Below are positions 1 to 6,103 of a DNA stretch of 7,095 nucleotides, piece after piece. Each line of letters begins with the position of its first letter. Position 1 is the first letter of the stretch. This DNA comes from a virus: IMG/VR virus record IMGVR_UViG_3300008223_000003, one strand, 5' to 3'. The position numbers and the translations under genes are program-made. The notes under the pieces are model-generated. The model saw only the letters and a program-made list of their open reading frames with translations. It did no database searches and was not told the DNA's origin.

Positions 1-123
1 ATTAATCTCCAGAAAAAAAAGGTTTTTTGCTATCAAAAAGATAAAAAGACGTTGATCAGGGCTATGAGGAAGTAATTTAATATCTAAATATGCGCCCATT
101 AGAGTTATGAGCGCTATAAGAAA
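1..123. repeat. Terminal direct repeat, copy 1 (identical to 6973-7095); signature of circular-contig overlap
   Basis: Base-by-base comparison shows attaatctccagaaaaaaaagg...gagcgctataagaaa identical at both window ends, with an offset of 6972. Confidence 0.95.
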
Positions 124-177
124 ACATTGGTAGCTAAGATCAAAAGAGGTTGATCATTCCTGCGGAATAAAAGCGGG

Positions 178-1365
178 TTAGTCTGCTAATGAAAGTTTTC
201 TAGTTACAGAATTAGATCCGCCTTCCGAACGATCGGGGGAGTCGCAAACCAAAAAATCCTCATATTCATTGTAAGTAATTCTAGCGCTGCAATCTGAATA
301 AACCTCGACATCATAACCAGCCTTAAAAAGATCATTGGAATCAATATCGAAAATAACTCTATTACGTTTAGAGGCTGAAATTTCTAAGCTATCAATGTAA
401 CGACCATTTCCAACTATTTTAGAGCGGCCTACGATATGAAGGCTGACTTTATCAAAGGGATGGCGTTCAAGATCAAAATCACTAGGCTGTGGTGCTGCAA
501 CTGGGGCAGGACTTGGGACAGGATTAGAATTGGGTTTTAAATTAGCAGGGTTATTATTAGAAGGAATGTGAGTCGATTGAATAGAGGGATTTTCAACAGG
601 TACAACTTTAGCCTCTGGAACTTCAACGGGACTGGTAGAAAACATGCGATTGAATATGAATATGAGAAGCAGAACCGCAAAACCTAAAACAAATATGATA
701 GGTTTTTTGTTAGGAAAGAAACCACCGCCTTTAAGATCTTCTAGCTTAGTTTCAGTAACAGAACTAGAGGACAAGGTATGCGAGCTGTAAAAATCAAAAT
801 ACGCGGGGTCATAATCTCTTGTTTCCTCAGAAATGAACTCAGCATTTCTAAACTGACATGAAGAATATACTTTTCTCTTATATTGTTTGTCATTACCAAC
901 AATACCAAGCTTGATTGTCCTGATAGCAATATCAGGCATTTTTCTAACAACTTTATCTAACTGACTCACATCTTGAGTGAGCAGTAAAATATCAAAGCCA
1001 TAGTGACCGTGCATTGCTAAAAACTTTTTTACTTCTGAAGTGCAGCCTTCACCAAAAACAAAGTGAGCCTCGTCAATAATAAAATAAGGGCCTTGATTAT
1101 TATCATTCTTCCAAGTGTGTCGAATAAAGTGATCTGGCGTTGAAAAATAATGATCGGTAGGCTTTCCAGTGAAATCCGAAAAATCGGATTCAACAACAAC
1201 AATTAAATCCCTAAGGTGTTCACCATAAACCGCGCAAATCCTATCAATATTGAGACTTAAATTTGTAACAACCATTCTATTTTTTTTAAGTTGCTCGATA
1301 GCATTATATCTAACTGCTTCATAACTTTTACCACTTCGAGTTCGCCCAACAATTGCATTTATCAT
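178..1365 (-). CDS. zot: pI/Zot-family phage assembly ATPase (zonular occludens toxin-like), 395 aa
   Basis: ATG start. Walker A GRTRSGKS at aa 7-14 and Walker B FIIDEAH. A single central TM segment (IIFVLGFAVLLLIFIF) precedes a periplasmic C-terminal domain. Its C-terminal block SNDLFKAGYDVEVYSDCSARIT resembles recalled M13 pI SDDLQKQGYSLTYIDLCTVSIK. It is the last gene of the morphogenesis module, as in Ff and CTXphi. Confidence 0.93.
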   Translation of the reverse strand: MINAIVGRTRSGKSYEAVRYNAIEQLKKNRMVVTNLSLNIDRICAVYGEHLRDLIVVVESDFSDFTGKPTDHYFSTPDHFIRHTWKNDNNQGPYFIIDEAHFVFGEGCTSEVKKFLAMHGHYGFDILLLTQDVSQLDKVVRKMPDIAIRTIKLGIVGNDKQYKRKVYSSCQFRNAEFISEETRDYDPAYFDFYSSHTLSSSSVTETKLEDLKGGGFFPNKKPIIFVLGFAVLLLIFIFNRMFSTSPVEVPEAKVVPVENPSIQSTHIPSNNNPANLKPNSNPVPSPAPVAAPQPSDFDLERHPFDKVSLHIVGRSKIVGNGRYIDSLEISASKRNRVIFDIDSNDLFKAGYDVEVYSDCSARITYNEYEDFLVCDSPDRSEGGSNSVTRKLSLAD

Positions 1366-1499
1366 AATTATTTTTCCATTATTTTTTTTGATGCTCTGAG
1401 GCTTTACGGGTAAGCGTGTGAGAGCCGTTTTTAAAAACCCTTGCCCTAGTATCAGAGAGAAGAGAACTCGATTTTAGTATATTTTTTGAACAGTTTTTT

Positions 1500-1826
1500 T
1501 TATCCACCCAATCTAACAAACGGGATCATTCTTAATAATATTCTTATAGAAATTGCAGCCACTAACATTCCCATGCACTCATTAAAACCAACGGCAACCA
1601 TGAAATATTTAGTGCTTTCAGGAATGCCGTCAATATAAGTAAGGGGACTAAATGTATTTAAACTAAGACTGACAGAATCAAGAACTAGAACTATGGCAGA
1701 AAATAAACTGTCTAAAATCCACCAAAGAAAATCCTTTAAAAAATCAAAAACGGTTAATAGCAACCTGTAAAGAAAATCAACAAAACCTTCCCAGATAGAT
1801 TTAAACCAAGCAAAAACATCATTCAT
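1500..1826 (-). CDS. Small polytopic membrane protein in the pVI (minor coat, CTXphi Ace-equivalent) position, 108 aa
   Basis: The ORF track starts at a TTG (1856) that overlaps pIII. I prefer the ATG at 1826 (MNDVFAWFK...), which follows AGGGGG by 7 nt and lies 2 nt after the pIII stop (TAATTATG). The protein is hydrophobic and sits between the pIII-like gene and pI/Zot. The function is assigned by position only. Confidence 0.6.
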   Translation of the reverse strand: MNDVFAWFKSIWEGFVDFLYRLLLTVFDFLKDFLWWILDSLFSAIVLVLDSVSLSLNTFSPLTYIDGIPESTKYFMVAVGFNECMGMLVAAISIRILLRMIPFVRLGG

Positions 1827-1828
1827 AA

Positions 1829-3301
1829 TTAACCCCCTGTAACAATTTGACGGCAATAGATAGCACAGGTAAAAAGTAATATTGCTCTTAAAAATGCTAT
1901 TACAAAATCAGGAATAGTTACCTGATAACAACCAAAATTAGCAATACCAAAATCCAAACAGACCTCGCCAAAGCCAAGATCAAGAGAACCAGATATTTCA
2001 ACGTCCCACTCAGTGACGGAATTCATCAAAGCTGAATTCATTATTGAAGCCTCATTCCTAGACCAAACATCAGAAAAACCATTAGGAAATTCAGGAGTAT
2101 AAAACCCTGTGAGATCAGGAGAGGGCGTATAGGAAATTTCTGGAAGAGCTGGAGAATTATCGGTATCAGGACAGCCTTCACCTAAACGAATAATAGAACC
2201 ATCAGGACAAGCTAAAGGGCAGACGTCAGGAACATTATTATTTGGACCTTTTGGCGTAACACCATCAGAGCAATATTCAGTGGTATCAACATCAGCACAG
2301 ACGGGTCTAGAATCCCCCTCCTCACATTCAGCTAGAAGACGCTCAAAACCATCTTGTATGGACTCGTTTACAGTATCGACAGAATCAACAACCTCATCCA
2401 ACTTAGAACTATTTTTACTAGAAGATTCATCAACAGAATCTTTGATTTGATTTAATTTATTAATATTATTCGTATCAGAATTTTTCACAGAATCATTAAG
2501 TCTATCTAGTTTCTTTTCAACCCTAGAAAGATCAACCTTATCATTTTCTGTATTTGAATCTGTATTTGAATCTGTATTTGAATCTGTATTTGAATCTGTA
2601 TTTGAATCTGTATTTGAATCTGAATCTGTATTTGGGCCTGGTGCATCAGGATCTTCTATATTAGGCTCAGGATCAAAACAACCCTGAACTGTATTACCCT
2701 CTAGGTCTGTATATGTGCCACAATTTTTATCATCCTCGACGCAAGAATATTGATTATTCATATAACCACAGCCATCAGGTATAGATTCGCATTGACCTAA
2801 AGAATTTTTTTTCTTGCCTATGCCGCAATCCTTTTCATCCTTTGAGCGGTCTGAGTTTGGATTCAGATCTGTATTAATATTTTCACCAGTACACTCATTA
2901 AACTGCAATGTGCTAGGATCGTCGTCAATTCCTGTAGAGCATTGTGATTCGCCACCATTACTACTTCCACCACTGCCGCCACTACCACCACCGCTATCAC
3001 CTCCACCACCACCATCACCGCCCTGATCGCAATCATCACCAGCAACAAAAAAGGTAGAGCAATTAAACTTACCCTCCGTATATTCTTCGCAATCAGCAGA
3101 ATAAATAGTTCCATCAGTAACACTAGCTTTCAGTTCTTCAATACTAGCTAAGTAAAGATCAGGTCTAGAAGTGGAAGTATTGCCACCATACTGAGTAGCA
3201 TTCTGATAACCGCCCGGACATTCTTCGTCTAGAGTAGAATTTGAATTAGCGGAAAATAATAGAAGTGATACAAGCAGAAAAAATAATGATTTTAGATTCA
3301 T
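1829..3301 (-). CDS. pIII-like minor coat / host adsorption protein, 490 aa from the ATG
   Basis: The ORF track start (3313) is a GTG. The ATG at 3301 gives a classic signal peptide, MNLKSLFFLLVSLLLFSANS. The N-terminal part is Cys-rich. A Gly-rich linker GGDGGGGGDSGGGSGGSGGSSNGG is encoded at about 2951-3022, and an (SNTD)n repeat follows. The block KLDEVVDSVDTVNESIQDGFERLL resembles recalled Ff g3p KLDSVATDYGAAIDGFIGDV. There is a C-terminal Cys pair plus a hydrophobic anchor, FVIAFLRAILLFTCAIYC, as in Ff g3p. Confidence 0.85.
   Translation of the reverse strand: MNLKSLFFLLVSLLLFSANSNSTLDEECPGGYQNATQYGGNTSTSRPDLYLASIEELKASVTDGTIYSADCEEYTEGKFNCSTFFVAGDDCDQGGDGGGGGDSGGGSGGSGGSSNGGESQCSTGIDDDPSTLQFNECTGENINTDLNPNSDRSKDEKDCGIGKKKNSLGQCESIPDGCGYMNNQYSCVEDDKNCGTYTDLEGNTVQGCFDPEPNIEDPDAPGPNTDSDSNTDSNTDSNTDSNTDSNTDSNTENDKVDLSRVEKKLDRLNDSVKNSDTNNINKLNQIKDSVDESSSKNSSKLDEVVDSVDTVNESIQDGFERLLAECEEGDSRPVCADVDTTEYCSDGVTPKGPNNNVPDVCPLACPDGSIIRLGEGCPDTDNSPALPEISYTPSPDLTGFYTPEFPNGFSDVWSRNEASIMNSALMNSVTEWDVEISGSLDLGFGEVCLDFGIANFGCYQVTIPDFVIAFLRAILLFTCAIYCRQIVTGG
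2547..2636 (-). repeat. 12-bp in-frame tandem repeat (tctgtatttgaa x6 perfect, then degenerate units) inside the pIII-like gene
   Basis: Six perfect units span 2547-2618, followed by tctgaa and tctgtatttggg. On the minus strand they encode DSDSNTDSNTDSNTDSNTDSNTDSNTEN. Confidence 0.95.
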
Positions 3302-3330
3302 CTTTAAACACACATAAATTTCGGTGAATA

Positions 3331-3353
3331 TAAAAAAACGACCAAAAGGCCGT
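3331..3353 (-). terminator. Rho-independent terminator between the coat-gene block and the pIII-like gene
   Basis: The minus strand reads ACGGCC-TTTT-GGTCGT followed by TTTTTT. This is a 6-bp stem with one G-U pair, a 4-nt loop and a U-run. The position matches the known Ff terminator downstream of gene VIII. Confidence 0.7.
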
Positions 3354-3388
3354 TAATTAATTGCTAACAATAATCCAATAATCAATTA

Positions 3389-3481
3389 TCATTTGAAAAT
3401 TTGATCAGCTAGAACATAAGCCGCCATAGCGCCGATTAAAGCAACTATGGCAAAACTTAGTGTGACAAGTGCGCCAGCCAT
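3389..3481 (-). CDS. Uncalled 30-aa hydrophobic micro-ORF (MAGALVTLSFAIVALIGAMAAYVLADQIFK), candidate pVII/pIX-like minor coat protein
   Basis: Hand translation. The ATG lies 5 nt after the coat-gene stop (TAATCTAGATG), and the TGA is at 3389-3391. The protein is one TM-length hydrophobic helix with a short polar tail, similar in size to Ff pVII (33 aa) and pIX (32 aa). It lies upstream of the terminator. No clear Shine-Dalgarno is present, so coupling to coat translation would be needed. Confidence 0.45.
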   Translation of the reverse strand: MAGALVTLSFAIVALIGAMAAYVLADQIFK

Positions 3482-3486
3482 CTAGA

Positions 3487-3735
3487 TTAGATCTTAGAGA
3501 TATTACGCTTAGCTACACCAATACCTTTTTCACCCATCTTAATACCGATGATAACTAGGCCAAGAGCAGCAACAGCAGCAACCGCAACAGCCGCTTCAGT
3601 GGAAACTTGTGCGAACAATTGAGTGATCATTGAATCACCCTCAGCAGCAGAAGCAGAGGCAGAAGCAACAACACCAGTAGCAACTAGAGCAAGACGTTGA
3701 GAGCGAGCTTTTAAAACAGCTAATTTATTTTTCAT
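3487..3735 (-). CDS. Major coat protein (pVIII-like), 82-aa precursor
   Basis: AGGA lies 7 nt upstream of the ATG. The 30-aa leader ends ASA, and the predicted mature 52-aa protein starts AEGD, the same four residues as Ff pVIII. It has an acidic N-terminus, a hydrophobic core (AAVAVAAVAALGLVIIGI) and a basic C-terminus (KMGEKGIGVAKRNISKI), the canonical inovirus coat architecture. Confidence 0.92.
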   Translation of the reverse strand: MKNKLAVLKARSQRLALVATGVVASASASAAEGDSMITQLFAQVSTEAAVAVAAVAALGLVIIGIKMGEKGIGVAKRNISKI

Positions 3736-3743
3736 AATTAATC

Positions 3744-3983
3744 CTAAATCATTTTTATAAAGTTAGTTGCGGTTCTAATTTTAAAACCAGCAAAGGCCAA
3801 AGAGAAGATCACAATAAAGGTTCCAGAGAAAGCCAGCATGTAATCATCCACAGTGTGACCACTTGCTAAATAATTCATTGAGTATTCAGCAGGTGATACC
3901 AAAACAACCCCAGTACATTCGTTGACCGGAATTGTATTTGATTTTACATATCCATTTGTATCAATCGAGGCACAAAGAGCCAT
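3744..3983 (-). CDS. 79-aa small membrane protein between the ssDNA-binding and coat genes (position of Ff pVII/pIX or CTXphi Psh)
   Basis: Its ATG overlaps the upstream stop (TAATG). It has a C-terminal TM segment, FSGTFIVIFSLAFAGF. The function is inferred from position only. Confidence 0.6.
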   Translation of the reverse strand: MALCASIDTNGYVKSNTIPVNECTGVVLVSPAEYSMNYLASGHTVDDYMLAFSGTFIVIFSLAFAGFKIRTATNFIKMI

Positions 3984-4267
3984 TACACAAGTGGAGCCAG
4001 ATGATCATGTAGATCAAAAGGACTTAAATCAGGTTTGTCATATTTGCCGCGAACAATGGCGGAAGGCTTTAGATAATATTTGCCAATGGTAAAAGGCTTA
4101 TCCTTTTCAATGCCGACACGAACACGTTCAGGGAAGGCACCACCAGTGTGGACAAACAAATCTTGAGAGTAATTTGTCTTTTCACCAAATGTTTTCTCAT
4201 GAACTTGGTCATGACCAGAAACACACTCAAAAACAATTGCTAGAGATTCAGGTAATTTTGCAGACAT
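3983..4267 (-). CDS. gpV-like ssDNA-binding protein, 94 aa
   Basis: It lies immediately downstream of rep (TAA-C-ATG) with an AGGA Shine-Dalgarno. Size and pattern (YSQDLFVHTGGAFPERVRVGIEKDKPFTIGKYYLKPSAI) parallel recalled M13 gpV (YSLNEQLCYVDLGNEYPVLVKITLDEGQPAYAPGLYTVHLSSF). Confidence 0.75.
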   Translation of the reverse strand: MSAKLPESLAIVFECVSGHDQVHEKTFGEKTNYSQDLFVHTGGAFPERVRVGIEKDKPFTIGKYYLKPSAIVRGKYDKPDLSPFDLHDHLAPLV

Positions 4268-4268
4268 G

Positions 4269-4673
4269 TTATACGATCCTTAACTGAGGTCTTTCAGTTT
4301 TATTAGTAATATTATTTAACATCGAAGCATCTAGGCCCGCCGCCATGCGGAGATCTGGAATTTGATAATTATCAGGGGTTTGATTTCCAAAATTGATAGT
4401 GATTTCACGAATCAAAGGAACTACATTTTCATCATTATTTTCAATTGACTGGATGAATGCTTTATTCAAACCGCACTCTAAAAGTGAAGTAACACGATCA
4501 TAAAATGTTCTAGGAGGAGTGTTATCTTTTACAAACTGATAACCCATAGATTTCAATTCAAAATAAAAGCCACGCGCAGAATTAGCACGACGTCGATTAA
4601 CTCGACCATTGGAACTTACAGTGACCAAGCACTTTTCAATCTGAGCTAGAATTGTTTTATCATCTGTTTTCAT
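4269..4673 (-). CDS. Candidate pX-like protein, a 134-aa in-frame internal initiation product of rep
   Basis: The internal ATG at 4673 (aa 323 of the track ORF, FEAFEGLTIMKTDDKTILAQIEKC) aligns with the recalled M13 pX start (FEGDSMNIYDDSAVLDAIQSK). GAAGG lies 10 nt upstream. Confidence 0.45.
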   Translation of the reverse strand: MKTDDKTILAQIEKCLVTVSSNGRVNRRRANSARGFYFELKSMGYQFVKDNTPPRTFYDRVTSLLECGLNKAFIQSIENNDENVVPLIREITINFGNQTPDNYQIPDLRMAAGLDASMLNNITNKTERPQLRIV

Positions 4674-5600
4674 AATCGTTAAACCTTCAAATGCTTCGAA
4701 TATTTTATCGAATGCTAAATGCCATAAATCTTGGATCGTACTTTTCTCACGATCTGAGCAATATTTAATAAATTTAAGCATGTTTGTGGGTATGCCACAG
4801 TCCCTTAATTTTCTTGCTTTGATTCTCCCCTCGAATCTTACCATTCCAGTGCAATAATCCTTTACTGAGTAAAGCGATTTCAACCTGTCTAGTGTTCGTT
4901 TTTGGAATTTTTTATCAAGCAATTTGAAGTTTTTCTTTTTCTTTATTTTTTCTAAATCAGATATTTCATTAAGTAGTTCGGGTAACTTTAAATAAGCGAC
5001 ACGAACAATATGGGAACCGCCAGAACGGCCAGCACTACCACCAAACGTATTCCAATAAACAGAAGTTTCAAAACTAGACCTAGATTTAATTTGACCGTTA
5101 GAAGTAGTTGATAACGCTTTGATACATTGTTCTGCAAGATGTTGATTTTCAAATCTAGCAAAGTAAGTGCAATCAATTTGCATTAATTCAGAGCGAAGAA
5201 CATCGAGATCATTAAACAAAGTCGGGTATGAATCTAACAAAGTTGCTAGCATTTCCAAAAATCCAACCTTTGGATCTTCAAAACCAAAAACATTGTGCCC
5301 TTGCAAAATTTTAGCTGGTGAACATTTAAGCATCACATGCGGGAAAGGATAGCCACCGTTACCTTTAGACATGACGCAAAAAGCAACACCAGAGAAAGAG
5401 CTGGCTAATGATTCGTAAGAGTGGGTTTCGTAAGAGGACGCAATAGAGCCGCAATCATCCCTAGAGCGAGTGCTGCGAGTTTCTAAGCCATCATGCAATA
5501 TATATTCATCAAACGAAGGTAAGACAGCGCTAGAGCGATCAGGTGCAAAGATGCACTTTTCGTCTTTAAACGGTATCCTTAGTTCAAGCTTATCTATCAT
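4269..5600 (-). CDS. gpII-type rolling-circle replication initiation endonuclease, 443 aa from the ATG
   Basis: The ORF track start at 5639 is a GTG with no RBS. The ATG at 5600 gives MIDKLELRIPF, compared with recalled M13 gpII MIDMLVLRLPF. Several blocks match recalled gpII: SPAKILQGHNVFG vs SPAKVLQGHNVFG, GMVRFEGRIKAR vs GLVRFEARIKTR, DLWHLAFDKIFEAFEG vs DLWSFSFSELFKAFEG, and NVVPLIREI vs NVVPLVRFI. Confidence 0.93.
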   Translation of the reverse strand: MIDKLELRIPFKDEKCIFAPDRSSAVLPSFDEYILHDGLETRSTRSRDDCGSIASSYETHSYESLASSFSGVAFCVMSKGNGGYPFPHVMLKCSPAKILQGHNVFGFEDPKVGFLEMLATLLDSYPTLFNDLDVLRSELMQIDCTYFARFENQHLAEQCIKALSTTSNGQIKSRSSFETSVYWNTFGGSAGRSGGSHIVRVAYLKLPELLNEISDLEKIKKKKNFKLLDKKFQKRTLDRLKSLYSVKDYCTGMVRFEGRIKARKLRDCGIPTNMLKFIKYCSDREKSTIQDLWHLAFDKIFEAFEGLTIMKTDDKTILAQIEKCLVTVSSNGRVNRRRANSARGFYFELKSMGYQFVKDNTPPRTFYDRVTSLLECGLNKAFIQSIENNDENVVPLIREITINFGNQTPDNYQIPDLRMAAGLDASMLNNITNKTERPQLRIV

Positions 5601-5660
5601 TATTCCATTATCCGTGAAGATGTTACGTAAATGTAACACTCAAATAACTAAGAAATCAAT
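5601..5660. promoter_or_regulatory. Divergent rep / repressor control region with nested palindromes (candidate operator)
   Basis: Only 60 bp separate the two start codons. It contains the 8-bp palindrome TTACGTAA (5623-5630) nested in GTTAC-N6-GTAAC (5622-5637). I could not place convincing -35/-10 hexamers by eye. Confidence 0.55.
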
Positions 5661-5861
5661 ATGAAAGCATTGAAATTAATAAAATACTTAAGAAATAAAG
5701 GTTTAGAAGGACAAGAGCTAGCAGAGGCAGCAGGAACCACAAGGGCTACAATATCGAGAATTGAAAGCGGTAAAATCGAAAAACTAAATATAAACATGCT
5801 TGAAAAAGCTGCTCATTTTTTAAACAAAACACCAGACGAACTACTGTCAGAAATCGAATAA
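5661..5861 (+). CDS. XRE/Cro-C1-type helix-turn-helix transcriptional regulator, 66 aa (phage repressor-like; positional analogue of CTXphi RstR)
   Basis: HTH signature LEGQELAEAAGTTRATISRIESGK. It is the only plus-strand gene and is transcribed divergently from rep. Confidence 0.88.
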   Translation: MKALKLIKYLRNKGLEGQELAEAAGTTRATISRIESGKIEKLNINMLEKAAHFLNKTPDELLSEIE

Positions 5862-5884
5862 CTGCGCTCCACCGCACAAGAGTA

Positions 5885-5901
5885 GAACATTAAGTATGTT
5901 C
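5885..5901. promoter_or_regulatory. Perfect inverted repeat GAACAT-TAAGT-ATGTTC in the noncoding region
   Basis: Read directly from the sequence. It is a 6-bp arm with a 5-nt spacer, 24 nt after the regulator stop codon. The function is unknown; it could be a protein-binding site or an ssDNA hairpin. Confidence 0.4.
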
Positions 5902-5937
5902 AACCCCTGCGGGTTGTATCCCCGCAAGCGGGGCCCC
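5901..5937. other. GC-rich cluster of overlapping hairpins (candidate packaging signal or minus-strand origin structure)
   Basis: 27 of 37 bases are G+C in an AT-rich genome. The possible pairings are caaccc/gggttg (5901-5916), gcggg/cccgc (5909-5925), ccccg/cgggg (5920-5933) and the palindrome ggggcccc (5930-5937). No U-run follows on either strand, so it is not a typical terminator. Confidence 0.5.
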
Positions 5938-5975
5938 TCAACTCCTCGGCGCACCATATTCACCACAAAATAAGC

Positions 5976-6001
5976 TCAAACAGGGTAAAGATTCTGTTTG
6001 A
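5976..6001 (-). other. Candidate plus-strand origin nick-site hairpin, copy 1
   Basis: The minus strand reads TCAAACAG-AATCTTTACC-CTGTTTGA, an 8-bp stem with a 10-nt loop. The loop contains TCTTTA, as does the recalled Ff origin hairpin AGTCCAC-GTTCTTTAATA-GTGGACT, where gpII nicks at CTTT/AATA. The motif is on the gene-sense (presumed viral) strand, as in Ff. Confidence 0.5.
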
Positions 6002-6077
6002 CTGATTGTGAGGCTTACAAGGCATACTACGTACTTTAGCGTCGCCAAACTCCTAATCAATTCACCAAAAAATAAGC

Positions 6078-6103
6078 TCAAACAGGGTAAAGATTCTGTT
6101 TGA
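6078..6103 (-). other. Candidate plus-strand origin nick-site hairpin, copy 2
   Basis: Identical hairpin 102 bp from copy 1, within the second repeat unit. Confidence 0.5.

Noticed and set aside
1-123. The 123-bp terminal repeats as attL/attR or LTR-like ends of an integrated element
   Set aside because: No host sequence lies outside the repeats, the repeats are long and exact, and joining them gives a coherent circular phage. Circular-contig overlap is the simpler explanation.
51-156. The repeated octamer GTTGATCA (51-58 and 149-156) in the spacer between zot and the cargo cassette
   Set aside because: Two copies of an 8-mer within about 226 bp is not far from chance expectation, and there is no surrounding conserved context.
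741-950. 69-aa minus-strand ORF inside zot
   Set aside because: It is nested out of frame within a well-supported gene, and I see no independent signals.
1366-1499. The 134-bp gap between the pVI-position gene and zot, including the 12-bp palindrome GTTTTTAAAAAC (1427-1438) and an open frame of about 35 codons
   Set aside because: The open frame has no ATG, GTG or TTG start. The palindrome is pure A/T-rich sequence of a kind expected by chance in this genome. I found no clear promoter or terminator, so the region stays unexplained noncoding spacer.
2814-3026. 70-aa plus-strand proline-rich ORF (PPLPPLPPP...)
   Set aside because: It is the antisense reading of the Gly-rich (GGN codon) linker of the pIII-like gene, a low-complexity artefact.
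2863-3123. 86-aa minus-strand ORF inside the pIII-like gene
   Set aside because: It is an alternative frame through the same low-complexity tract, with no RBS and an implausible composition.
4988-5664. Three short ORFs overlapping rep (4988-5176 minus, 5167-5352 plus, 5470-5664 plus)
   Set aside because: All lie within or antisense to the strongly supported gpII-like gene. They have no RBS or motif support.
5877-5904. A dif-like XerCD attP around GAACATTAAGTATGTTC
   Set aside because: The right half (gTATGTTcAAc) matches the XerD arm TTATGTTAAAT at 8 of 11 positions. The putative XerC arm matches only about 5 of 11. The spacing between the inner inverted-repeat arms is 5 nt, against 10 nt between CAT and ATG in dif. 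The host dif is unknown, so the match is not supportable.
5909-5937. A tRNA 3-prime fragment (T-arm-like gcggg-ttgtatc-cccgc) as an integrase att site
   Set aside because: The loop TTGTATC lacks the canonical TTCRANY T-loop. No proper acceptor stem or CCA context follows. No integrase is encoded.
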